64,000 nt of DNA from assembly GCA_024276825.1 (NCBI GenBank), contig JAJRWI010000010.1, positions 64,001-128,000 of the forward strand, written 5' to 3'. Below the pieces are notes generated by a model. It ran no database searches and was not told the DNA's origin. It worked only from the letters and a program-made list of their open reading frames with translations. This stretch comes from an archaeon. GTDB taxonomy: Archaea; Asgardarchaeota; Thorarchaeia; Thorarchaeales; Thorarchaeaceae. The position numbers and the translations under genes were made by a program. This document shows positions 1 through 9,355 of this stretch, one piece after another (positions within the stretch are counted from its first letter, which is position 1; each line of letters begins with the position of its first letter).

Positions 1-1
1 T

Positions 2-1180
2 CATCCATATGGGCATGGAAAAGTGGAGAACTTCGCGGCACTTGTTGAAACCATTATTCTCTGGATAACATCAATATGGATAGTCAGCGAGGCGATTCAT
101 CGAATAGAGTCTGGAGTTGTGATGGAGCCATCATTAATTGGAATCCTCGTCATGGTATTCAGTCTGATAGTCGATTATGAGAGAAGTAAGAAGCTCTACT
201 CAGTTGCCGAAGAGCATGGTAGTCAGGCACTTGAGGCTGATGCATTACATTTCCATACAGATATGATAAGTTCAGGTGTGGTCATTATTGGACTTGCATT
301 TGTTTGGATTGGAATTCCAATAGCAGACCCCATTGCAGCAATCGGAGTGGCAATTGTCATTATTGTGATTTCATATAGGCTGGGTAGGAGATCCTATGAT
401 GCATTGGTAGATACAGCGCCACCAGGAATTCAGCAGAGAGTCAGAAACATCTGCATGCAAATTCCAGGGGTATTGGATTGTAAGAGAGTCAGATGCAGAA
501 CAAGTGGACCCGAGATATTCATTGATGTTGTGGCGGTTGTGAATGATAACCTTGACATGACAGAGGCCTCAAGAATTGCCACACGTATTGAAGGTGAGTT
601 GTCAAACATTGAACAGAATGTTGATGTTGTTGTGCAAATGATTCCCAGAGAGAATGACAATATTGAGCATGTTGATAGAAGTGTGTATGAAGAGTTGAAG
701 AGCATTGTCTCATCAAACCCCGATGTGATTGGAATGCACAATGCCAAGATTATGATATTGCCTAATGGTGTCCATATTGCGGCAGATATAGAACTTGATG
801 ACAGGTTCACACTCGAACATGCTCATGAGGTGTCAAGACTACTTGAGAAACAGGTCAGAGAGAGAGTTAGCGAAGTCAGACAGATCAGGTTTCATCTTGA
901 GTCAGTGGCTAATGACATTCTGGCAGAAGACATCACCGAGAATCACACAGATTTGGTGGATGTCGTTCGAAGGATTGTTGAAGAACAGTCGCCTGCAACA
1001 AATTGCCATAATGTGATAGTTACAAGTGATGAGCTTGGCATCATAGTGAGCTTGGACTGTAAAATTGAGGGCTCCATATCTTTGCGAGAGAGCCACAAGA
1101 TTGCAGACCAGATTGAAGTCCTCATCAAGAAGAGTATTCCAGATGTTTCTGATGTGATAGTCCATATGGAACCACTATAG
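2..1180 (+). CDS. Cation diffusion facilitator (CDF) transporter with repeated C-terminal dimerisation domains; 5'-truncated by the window edge
   Basis: The frame is open from base 2 (HPYGHGKVE, the CDF motif). It has ALEADALHFHTD, TM helices and three C-terminal modules, the last two ending HLE/HME. Confidence 0.9.
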   Translation, partial: HPYGHGKVENFAALVETIILWITSIWIVSEAIHRIESGVVMEPSLIGILVMVFSLIVDYERSKKLYSVAEEHGSQALEADALHFHTDMISSGVVIIGLAFVWIGIPIADPIAAIGVAIVIIVISYRLGRRSYDALVDTAPPGIQQRVRNICMQIPGVLDCKRVRCRTSGPEIFIDVVAVVNDNLDMTEASRIATRIEGELSNIEQNVDVVVQMIPRENDNIEHVDRSVYEELKSIVSSNPDVIGMHNAKIMILPNGVHIAADIELDDRFTLEHAHEVSRLLEKQVRERVSEVRQIRFHLESVANDILAEDITENHTDLVDVVRRIVEEQSPATNCHNVIVTSDELGIIVSLDCKIEGSISLRESHKIADQIEVLIKKSIPDVSDVIVHMEPL

Positions 1181-1230
1181 GTGAAATTTAATATTTGCAG
1201 AAGACCTAATTCAAATGGGGTCTTAAGGAA

Positions 1231-2016
1231 ATGAGCGAAGAGTGTGAACCAAGGATTCTAGGTGCTCCTGAAGCGAAGGTTGTTCAGACAAAGGAGATTG
1301 AGCTGGACAACCCGCTTCTTGTGTGTTGCTTCCCATCAGCAGGCCTGGTGGGCACAATTGCTGCTAACACGATCATTGAGCAGTTTGAGATGGATGAAAT
1401 AGCACACATAAGATCGAGATTCATCCCTTCAGCAGCCGTGTTCATGGATGGACGACTTCGACACCCATTCAGAATCTATGGAAAATCTGAAAACAACCTG
1501 ATTGTTGTCACAGGTGAGTTACCTGTGTCCGAGAATGGTCTATATTATGTGAGTTCAGCACTACTTGACTGGGCATCCAGCATCGGTGTCAAGGAAACTG
1601 TCATTCTTGATGGTATTCCTGTACAAGGAATTCCAACTCAAAGAAAGGTCCTTTTTGCAGCGGAAGAAGAGAAAGTTGAAGAACTGAAGAATGATGAAGA
1701 ATTGCAGATCCTTCAGAAAGGCATAATCACGGGGATAGCCGGATCGATTCTGGCTGAAACACTGTGTAGAGATATGGTTGGGTTTGCGCTCCTTACTCCT
1801 GCAATTGCTGTTGTGCCAGACCCAGAGGGAGCAGTCAGTCTGCTTCACGCTCTTAACAGATTATATAGGGTCAACGTTGACACTACTCAACTGGAAAAGA
1901 GTGCAGAAGAGATCAGAAAGAAACTGGAGGAGATGGCACAGCAGGTTGAGGGTATCCGGAGGAGCCAGCCAAGCGCCCCCAGGGATCCAACTGCATATCA
2001 GAGAATGTATGCATAA
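1231..2016 (+). CDS. PAC2-family proteasome assembly chaperone (Pba-like)
   Basis: FPSAGLVGTIAA, PFRIY, GITGIAGSIL and PDPEGA motifs; C-terminal HbYX (-MYA). Confidence 0.88.
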   Translation: MSEECEPRILGAPEAKVVQTKEIELDNPLLVCCFPSAGLVGTIAANTIIEQFEMDEIAHIRSRFIPSAAVFMDGRLRHPFRIYGKSENNLIVVTGELPVSENGLYYVSSALLDWASSIGVKETVILDGIPVQGIPTQRKVLFAAEEEKVEELKNDEELQILQKGIITGIAGSILAETLCRDMVGFALLTPAIAVVPDPEGAVSLLHALNRLYRVNVDTTQLEKSAEEIRKKLEEMAQQVEGIRRSQPSAPRDPTAYQRMYA

Positions 2017-2024
2017 GATTCATC

Positions 2025-2582
2025 TTAGTCGCTGCAGGTTTCATATGCCTCTTTAGCACCTGCAGCGTTCTTCTCACCTATTTTTCCTGCCCATTTCTCC
2101 ATGATGACTTTTTGAACTGTTTCAATCTTTACCAGCCCTGTGGCCTTTGCAAAGGCTCCGAGCATGGTGGTGTTCACAACGGGCAGGCCTGCAACAAGGA
2201 GACCATGCTTAAGGGCGATACCAGTGCCATCGTAGGTATATATATGGCCACGGGGGAGATCTATCTCGCTCGCGGATTTGGGAGTGTTGATTATTACCTT
2301 TCCATCCTCTTTCAGTCCCTCAGTGACATCTATCAGGTCAATGATAGTAGGATCCAAGACAGCCACGATGTCAGGAGTGTAAATCTGACTTCGCACATTA
2401 ATGTCCCTATCAGAGATGCGAGTGAAGGCTTTCACAGGAGCCCCTCTTCTCTCCGCACCAAAGTAGGGAAATGCCTGTACTCCCTTGTATCCGTCATAAT
2501 GGGCAGCCTTTGCCAACAGCTCTGCTGATGTCACGCCACCTTGTCCGCCACGTCCGTGCCAGCGAATTTCTATTAAGGCCAT
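2025..2582 (-). CDS. porC: Pyruvate/2-oxoacid:ferredoxin oxidoreductase gamma subunit
   Basis: [24 protein letters not shown] and VNTTMLGA motifs. Confidence 0.93.
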   Translation of the reverse strand: MALIEIRWHGRGGQGGVTSAELLAKAAHYDGYKGVQAFPYFGAERRGAPVKAFTRISDRDINVRSQIYTPDIVAVLDPTIIDLIDVTEGLKEDGKVIINTPKSASEIDLPRGHIYTYDGTGIALKHGLLVAGLPVVNTTMLGAFAKATGLVKIETVQKVIMEKWAGKIGEKNAAGAKEAYETCSD

Positions 2583-2726
2583 GTCATTTCACTTCTGAAT
2601 ATTCTCAAGAGGTCAAGCAGATTGGGATAACAGTTAGAGAAAACATTTTCGATAACACCAGATTATAATGAGTGAGAAAATTCAATTGGATATATTGCCA
2701 GCATTAGTCATTCATGAGGTCGAAGC

Positions 2727-3203
2727 ATGAGAGTCTTGTTTGTATGTACTGGAAACACAGGAAGAAGCCTGATGGCCGAGAACATATTCAATCACATCAT
2801 AAGAGAACACACCGATGCCCGAGGCAAATCTCTTAAAGCCATATCAGCAGGAGTCGACGCCATTGAGGGTGATACACCTGAAGAGTATGCTGTGAAGGCC
2901 CTACAAGAGAGAGGCATCATCGTTAGAGATCACAAGGCCAAAAAGGTCACGCCTAAACTACTTGACTCTGTTGATATTATACTCACCATGGGTCAGAGGC
3001 ATCGTGAGAAAATATTGATGATGAACCGTGAAACAAGAAGAGATCTTTTTGGAAGAGTATTCATATTGGCCGAGTTTGCTGGAGAGGAGGGGAATATAAT
3101 GGATTGTTATGGACATGATTTGGAATTCTATCGCAAGTGTGCGGATAGACTTGATGCATTAATAGAGAGAGTAATCAAAAAACTGACGAATTCAATTCGT
3201 TGA
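2727..3203 (+). CDS. Low-molecular-weight protein tyrosine/arginine phosphatase family protein
   Basis: VLFVCTGNTGRS (CX5R), SAG, D-I-I-L-T-M and I-x-D-x-YG motifs. Confidence 0.88.
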   Translation: MRVLFVCTGNTGRSLMAENIFNHIIREHTDARGKSLKAISAGVDAIEGDTPEEYAVKALQERGIIVRDHKAKKVTPKLLDSVDIILTMGQRHREKILMMNRETRRDLFGRVFILAEFAGEEGNIMDCYGHDLEFYRKCADRLDALIERVIKKLTNSIR

Positions 3204-3215
3204 AGGTGTGAAATT

Positions 3216-4022
3216 TTGAGAGAGTATTATGAAGAGAATAAAAAACGATGGGATCATCTGGTAGAAGTGCATAAGAGCTCAAAGCATTATGATGTGAATG
3301 AATTCTTGCAGGGAGGTAACACGTTGGATGATGTCATCATCAAAGAAGTTGGAGATGTACGAGGAAAGTCAATGTTACATCTGATGTGCCACTTCGGTCT
3401 TGATACACTCTCATGGGCAAGACTAGGTGCTGATGTGACTGGCGTAGACTTCTCAGAGAGGGCAATAGAATTGGCACGCGAACTTGCAAAAAAGGCCCAG
3501 ATTGAAGCTCGATTCATTTGCTCGGATGTTTATGCACTCGATGATGTTCTTGCTGAAGAGTTTGACTTAGTCTTCACTTCAGATGGTGTGATTAATTGGT
3601 TACATGACCTTAGGGCATGGGCCAACATCATTGCCAGCCACCTGAGATCAGGAGGATCGTTCTATATCCGCGAGATACATCCCTTTTCATATATCTTCGA
3701 TGATGACTGTGAGGATTATGTGCTAAAAGTGAGAGATCCATACTTCGAGGTTGACAGGCCATTGGAGTTTGAGGGACAGGAGAGCTACACTGATAGGTTT
3801 CTGGATATATCTCTCAAGTCATATGAGTGGCCACATTCAGTTTCTGATATAATTAATTCACTGATAGGAGCTGGACTTGTAATAGAGTCATTCAACGAGT
3901 TTCCATATAGCTGCTATAGATCCCTACCTTTCATGAGAGAGTATGAGAAGGGGAAATGGTGGCTGCCAGAAAAGAAAAGAACGATTCCATTCCTATTCTC
4001 AATCAAAGCACGAAAGAAGTAA
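3216..4022 (+). CDS. Class I SAM-dependent methyltransferase
   Basis: LHLMCHFGLDTLSWARLGADVTGVDFS motif I region. Confidence 0.88.
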   Translation: MREYYEENKKRWDHLVEVHKSSKHYDVNEFLQGGNTLDDVIIKEVGDVRGKSMLHLMCHFGLDTLSWARLGADVTGVDFSERAIELARELAKKAQIEARFICSDVYALDDVLAEEFDLVFTSDGVINWLHDLRAWANIIASHLRSGGSFYIREIHPFSYIFDDDCEDYVLKVRDPYFEVDRPLEFEGQESYTDRFLDISLKSYEWPHSVSDIINSLIGAGLVIESFNEFPYSCYRSLPFMREYEKGKWWLPEKKRTIPFLFSIKARKK

Positions 4023-4119
4023 GATTTGATGATGGTTTGGGGTTTCATAGAGTGCATGTTAACGGACTGAAGTTTATTATTCAATCTGACCGAGTGAAAA
4101 GGACATATGACATTAAATA

Positions 4120-4815
4120 TCATGCAATTTGAAACAGAGTTCGCTCTTTGTCTGTGGACAGTTTCTTATGAAGTGCGATATCATACATCTTTGCAAGAAG
4201 AAGTTTCATCCTTGATTCATCTAGTGAGTACAGATCGGGGCGATTTATCAGAACTATTTTTCCCTCATGTAATCTCACAAAATATTTCGCAATCATATCT
4301 TGGAATCTAAGAGCGAAATTTAAAGTCCTATCAACAGTTCTCCTGTTGAGTCCAGTACGTCTTGAGAGTTCAAGAACTGAAAGCTCATCCTCAAGTTTAA
4401 GGGCTTCCAACATTAGGTTAATGGCATCTTCAAAATGTATCCTTTTATTCGTGTTATTCTCCACATTAAGAATTGACTTGATTTCTTCTGTGTTATAATG
4501 CTTCTTTTCTGGACCCTTGAAAAACTTCTCTTCAATGAACCACTCACGTACGGTAGAGGGAAGATGGGTCATATCAACCCTCAATTCAAGTAGGATAATC
4601 TTACTTCTCTTTCCAATTAATACAACAATTTTATGTCCATAGATAAAGTCTTGAATATTCATTACAACTCTTATTACTTTATCAACAACTAACCAGCTAA
4701 GATTTGAATTTGATGCAATCTCACTAATTGTCATTGGAACATTTATTTTCAAATTTTTAATAACCAAGTCAAAGGCATCTTCAAATGAAGTGCGTTTCTT
4801 TTTTTTCATTAACAT
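4120..4815 (-). CDS. Hypothetical protein with an internal tandem duplication of an HTH-like unit
   Basis: Two homologous halves: FEDAFDLV...ISEIASNSNLSW...QD and FEDAINLM...VLELSRRTGLNR...QD. AT-rich. Confidence 0.6.
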   Translation of the reverse strand: MLMKKKKRTSFEDAFDLVIKNLKINVPMTISEIASNSNLSWLVVDKVIRVVMNIQDFIYGHKIVVLIGKRSKIILLELRVDMTHLPSTVREWFIEEKFFKGPEKKHYNTEEIKSILNVENNTNKRIHFEDAINLMLEALKLEDELSVLELSRRTGLNRRTVDRTLNFALRFQDMIAKYFVRLHEGKIVLINRPDLYSLDESRMKLLLAKMYDIALHKKLSTDKERTLFQIA

Positions 4816-5028
4816 TCCTCAGCATTATCAAATTTAATGATTTTATTTCTATGATTGTTCAAATTTGATCGTGGTTCTATCCATCATTTGATACTATTGT
4901 CTACTATTGTGGTTTATTTATATACAAAAGTTACATATTATCGATATCATATTCATTATTTGGATAAATAGCATTATATATTGACTATAATGCACAGTAT
5001 TTTTATGTAGATTTAACGAATACGCATC

Positions 5029-5257
5029 ATGCAATTATCAAATGAAGACATCCAGATTCTTGTTTGTATGTTTCAGAAAAAATGGCAAGAGTCATCGGCG
5101 CATTGATTCTATTGCAGGCTTTTGTCATATAAATAATAAGAGAGGTCTGAAGAAACGACTGAAACGTCTGACAAACAATGGCCTTTTAATGGAGTCGCAT
5201 GGTCCATCTTATTCTCTTTCTCATGAAGGATTACGGGTTGCACTGGAATATATCTAA
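5029..5257 (+). pseudogene. Small winged-helix-like protein, apparently frameshifted
   Basis: ATG 5029 gives MQLSNEDIQILVCMF. A one-base shift near TTT/A6 (5071-5082) joins it to KNGKSHRRIDSI...LKRLTNNGLL...YSLSHEG. Confidence 0.5.
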
Positions 5258-5304
5258 AGAGATGTTTTCACAATCAGGTCAACTTGTTTTGGTTTGTTAG
5301 GCAT

Positions 5305-6690
5305 TCATAGAACATTGCTAAGATTCCAGTAGTCATTCAATGCATGAATAACACCCTCAGCAGAATTCGATGCCTGCTGGAGACCCACTCCAGATCCTGC
5401 AGTGTCAGTGCCTACAATGAACAGCCCATCGATTGGAGTCAGAGGTCCAGGCCTGTCGAGATCGGTCTGTCCGGGAATCAATGCAGCACGAGTGGCGTAA
5501 GAGCTCTGAACATGTTCCATCTCAATATGATTAAGGACTTCGCTGTAGTATTTTTCGAACCCATTGGACTTGATGGTCTCGACTTGCTCTTCAAGAGACT
5601 GGCTCTCATCACGAAGGGTAGCGATTCCAATAAGCTCCTTTCCTGGAGGAGCCGCAGAAGGATCAAAGCTTGAGATTGAAACTATCCATCTATTGGGTGG
5701 GGGGTGTACAAGAACCCGATTCTTTTTATCACCAAGGACTATCTTATCAAGGCCCAGCCAGAGTGTCACTCCTTTGGTTATCTTCATGCGGCTCCATCTT
5801 TCAAAGAACTCGTTTACATCACGGTTGTCAGAACTTACAATATTAGGCATTGACCAGAGGGGAATGTTGCTTATCACAGTATCATGCTCGATCTCAACAC
5901 CATTTACAACAAGGGAGTGTATTTTGCCATTCTCCTCCGTGATTCGTTCAACAGGCGCATTCAAGATGTAGTCCCCATTTATGGCATCTACGACTCTCTC
6001 TACAAGACCACTCATTCCACCAATCACATATCCTTCATCGTATTCATCAGAGCCGAATAACATCTTTTTGATTGAGTGAAGTTTTGGTTCTTCCTTGTCA
6101 GTGTCCTTCAGAGTTCTCAGAGACTCATAAGCAGAGGCTTCGGTGATTGGAACTCCTGCAGCCATGTATATTGCACTCTGCATGACATCAAGCATGACTT
6201 GATTTGTAGCACCTCGCGAAACCATGAAGTCATAAAATGTGATATCCTTGTACTTCTTCATCTCTTCGAGCTTCATCATCTTGATCTTTGCACCAATCTT
6301 GAGGAGACCAAGACGCCCACGCATACCCGTTAAAGGCCACCTGAGAGTACCGCCTATGCTGGTAGGAATTGTCCCAACTCTATCATGTACACGAAAGTAC
6401 CAACCCTCATGCAGGACAAAATGGGGGGGAGGGTCAAGGAAAGTTGTAAGAAAACGTACAAATGCCCCACGAGTTATCCGTGTGATGACATGCAGTCCTT
6501 GATCCACTCTGTATCCATTGACATTATAGCCGTGCCATACTCCACCAAGATAGTCTTTCTTCTCAACAACCAAGACTCGTTTGCCCGCCGCTGATAGTGC
6601 AAGAGCAGTGAGTAGACCACCAGCTCCCGAGCCTGCAATGATTGCATCGTAGTTTAATGAATTGACTTGATTAATGTCTATCTCGTGCAT
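5305..6690 (-). CDS. FAD-dependent oxidoreductase, phytoene desaturase-like family
   Basis: AIIAGSGAGG...VVEK...LGG Rossmann motif, GGM motif and C-terminal GLFIVG. Confidence 0.85.
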   Translation of the reverse strand: MHEIDINQVNSLNYDAIIAGSGAGGLLTALALSAAGKRVLVVEKKDYLGGVWHGYNVNGYRVDQGLHVITRITRGAFVRFLTTFLDPPPHFVLHEGWYFRVHDRVGTIPTSIGGTLRWPLTGMRGRLGLLKIGAKIKMMKLEEMKKYKDITFYDFMVSRGATNQVMLDVMQSAIYMAAGVPITEASAYESLRTLKDTDKEEPKLHSIKKMLFGSDEYDEGYVIGGMSGLVERVVDAINGDYILNAPVERITEENGKIHSLVVNGVEIEHDTVISNIPLWSMPNIVSSDNRDVNEFFERWSRMKITKGVTLWLGLDKIVLGDKKNRVLVHPPPNRWIVSISSFDPSAAPPGKELIGIATLRDESQSLEEQVETIKSNGFEKYYSEVLNHIEMEHVQSSYATRAALIPGQTDLDRPGPLTPIDGLFIVGTDTAGSGVGLQQASNSAEGVIHALNDYWNLSNVL

Positions 6691-6822
6691 GTCATACTCA
6701 ATGTTAAGAAACCAAGCATGCCTACTTAAAGCTGACCAAGTAGAATGCGATTGACACCAATTGAATTAAAAATGGTGATTACCTGAGGCTAGCATATGTT
6801 TTGAGCAATTGGAGGCTGCCCT

Positions 6823-8628
6823 TTGAGCAATTATGAAGCCAAGTTAGAAACAGCAAGAAAACTTGCAAATAGAGGCGAAAAGCACAAGGCAGCATCAATG
6901 ATCAACGAGATTGCAAGTTCTTTGGCTAATGAAGGAAACTATCAAGAGGCTGCCAAGTATTACGAAGAGGCTGCAATGCTATATAGGGATTCATACAGGG
7001 CAGACGAGTGTTTTGAGGCACTTGAGAATGCAACTCTTATGTTTGTCAGACTTGGATCAAACCCCGAAAATAATAGACAGATTGTGAGAATAAACAAGAT
7101 GGCGGCGGAGATTGCAAATATCGCCACGGAATACAAGACTGCGGCAAACTTTCTGTTCAGAGCAGTAGACTTTGCAAGTTCAGAGGAGGAGAAGACTGCA
7201 CTGCAGATAAAGGCCATTGATGCACTTGAAAAACTAGCTGATCTTCGAGAGGAGGAGGGCGATTTCGACGAGGCAATCTCGCTTCTGAAAAAAGTCGGGC
7301 GGTTGTACTTCACAATTGGTGATGATGAGCTGGGCGAGAGAATATATGAAAGGGCCATAAAGCTTGCATTCAGGTGGTCACAACGAGCCAAGGAGGAAGG
7401 AGATCTCCTTTCTGCGGGAAATGCTTTGGCTGAAGCTGCACAGATCATGCAGACAAAAGGGGAAGCCCCAGAAGCACCAAGAATCATGATGGAGGCTGGA
7501 GAGCTCTATACTCAAGCCGGGCTGTATGAGAAGGCAGGCAACATCTATGATGCTGCACAGGAGGCATACAAACTTGAGAGAAACACGTCAGCACGGAGAA
7601 AGGCAATGGTTCTTGCAGCCGAGTCATACCTGAAGATGGAGGGAAAACCAGAGGTAATTGCTCCACTTCTTATGAAAGCAGGTGCCTTGTTCAAAGAACT
7701 TAGCAATGTCAAATCTAAGTGGGCGTATAAGAGGGCCAGCGAACTCTTTGAACAGTTGGCTAACAAGTCTGCAAAAGAGGGTGACATCGAGTCTGAAAAA
7801 ATGTATTTGCGATACATGGCAATGTCACTAAAGGAATGGGGGAGAACTGATGAAGCAAATCAGGTGTACCAAGAAGTGATTGATTATTTTCTCTCTCAAG
7901 CAGAGAAAGAGAAGAGGGAGGGCAACAAGGAACTTCATGCCCTATCGTTAGAAGAAGTGTATGATGTGCTGCTTGAAGCTGGAAGAGAGGAGGAAGCAAA
8001 GAGATATCTGGAGCAGGCTGTTGATATCTATGTTGAACTCGCTGAGGAGATGATAGAAGCACAGCAGTTTGATGAGGCGTCCAAGTATTACAGTAAGGCT
8101 GCATCTTGTGCAGAAAGACTCGGAGACATGTCAAGGACTCCAGAACTGTATCAGCAGGCAAGTGATTATGCAATTAAGGCTGCAGAGTTCTACAAGGAAA
8201 TCGGAGTGGATGAACTGTCGGTCCTCTGGACACGAACCGCGGCCCAAGAAGCATTAAAGACTGAGAGGCTTGAGATGATTGACAGGGCAATTAGGCTCCT
8301 TGGCGAGTCTGCAAAGAAGTTTGAAGAGATGAACGAGGTCAATGATTCCTTTGGAGACCTATTCACTCTTTTTGAAACTCTGTTTCTCTATTATCCAGAT
8401 AGAGAGGATGAAATTCATAGTATCTTGAAGAGTCTTGATCGAGTGGCAATGATGACACGAGATGATGCTAACATCGTGCTGGCATCGATTGCACATCATC
8501 TCAATAAGGGCAATCACATCGGAGCCCTGATGTTGTATCAAGAGAATGAAGAGGACCTTTTGGACAAACATGACCAAATACGCGCCCTCATTGCGCAGTC
8601 AAAACGAGTGCGTGCAGAAAAATGGTGA
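6823..8628 (+). CDS. TPR/SNAP-like alpha-solenoid protein
   Basis: Repeated helical pairs such as GNYQEAAKYYEEAA, GLYEKAGNIYDAA and QQFDEASKYYSKAA. TTG start with upstream GGAGG. Confidence 0.75.
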   Translation: MSNYEAKLETARKLANRGEKHKAASMINEIASSLANEGNYQEAAKYYEEAAMLYRDSYRADECFEALENATLMFVRLGSNPENNRQIVRINKMAAEIANIATEYKTAANFLFRAVDFASSEEEKTALQIKAIDALEKLADLREEEGDFDEAISLLKKVGRLYFTIGDDELGERIYERAIKLAFRWSQRAKEEGDLLSAGNALAEAAQIMQTKGEAPEAPRIMMEAGELYTQAGLYEKAGNIYDAAQEAYKLERNTSARRKAMVLAAESYLKMEGKPEVIAPLLMKAGALFKELSNVKSKWAYKRASELFEQLANKSAKEGDIESEKMYLRYMAMSLKEWGRTDEANQVYQEVIDYFLSQAEKEKREGNKELHALSLEEVYDVLLEAGREEEAKRYLEQAVDIYVELAEEMIEAQQFDEASKYYSKAASCAERLGDMSRTPELYQQASDYAIKAAEFYKEIGVDELSVLWTRTAAQEALKTERLEMIDRAIRLLGESAKKFEEMNEVNDSFGDLFTLFETLFLYYPDREDEIHSILKSLDRVAMMTRDDANIVLASIAHHLNKGNHIGALMLYQENEEDLLDKHDQIRALIAQSKRVRAEKW

Positions 8629-8656
8629 GAACCTAGTGTTGGTTTCCCAGATAATC

Positions 8657-9211
8657 TTACATATGACCAGCCATTTTCTCCCTGAGCATTCGATATTTTT
8701 CGCGAAAGACACCCCATATCTTCTGTCTGGTTGAAGTGGGACCAACAGTGTGTAATGGGCATTGATCACCAAGAGGACATTCGTCCTTGAACCCTCCATA
8801 ATCATGTAGCGCCTCTGGCAGGACCTTATTGATCAGGTAAGCCTCTAGCTTTTTGGTGTCCTCTCCAGTTATCAAAGACCAGTCAATTGATTTGAATGGC
8901 TCTGTCTGGAGAGCTTTATTTACAGCCTCGAATACTACATCAGCCATTTCAGGAACATCAGCACTTAGGCCCACTACAATAGTATGATTGCCGGGAAAAG
9001 TCTTAGAGAATCGCATATCAGTGGATCCCATTTTAACAGCTTGAAGAAACAGACCCTCAGACAGTGTTGGGGGAATTGTTTCAATAGCAGAAAGAAGTCC
9101 TGTTAATAATTCAGGGTTTGCAAAAGCAGCCTTACAGAAGGTCCCATAACACTTACTATAAATAGGAAGTCCCGCCGTGGTATAAATCATTAGATACTCA
9201 AGTTTTGGCAT
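8657..9211 (-). CDS. Longin-like domain protein with a Cys/His-rich extension
   Basis: YLMIYTTAGLPIYSK...LLTGLLSAI matches the Asgard longin N-terminal pattern. Also carries CYGTFC and CPLGDQCPLH. Confidence 0.62.
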   Translation of the reverse strand: MPKLEYLMIYTTAGLPIYSKCYGTFCKAAFANPELLTGLLSAIETIPPTLSEGLFLQAVKMGSTDMRFSKTFPGNHTIVVGLSADVPEMADVVFEAVNKALQTEPFKSIDWSLITGEDTKKLEAYLINKVLPEALHDYGGFKDECPLGDQCPLHTVGPTSTRQKIWGVFREKYRMLREKMAGHM

Positions 9212-9355
9212 TATTAATCATCATCCTTTGATTCAACACCACATGTCCGATTTAAGTTAATTCTTTTGATGAATTCTGTGAACTTGGTATATTCCAATAG
9301 TATTATTTTCAATTTGCCACTCCAGAATCTATGATTGAATGAGGTGGGCAGAGCA

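Noticed and set aside
5305-6690. Possible Rab-GDI/REP homologue (similar N-terminus; divergent from the SNAP-like gene)
   Set aside because: The intact GxGxxG FAD motif and C-terminal GLFIVG fit an ordinary phytoene-desaturase-like oxidoreductase. No GDI-specific motifs are visible.
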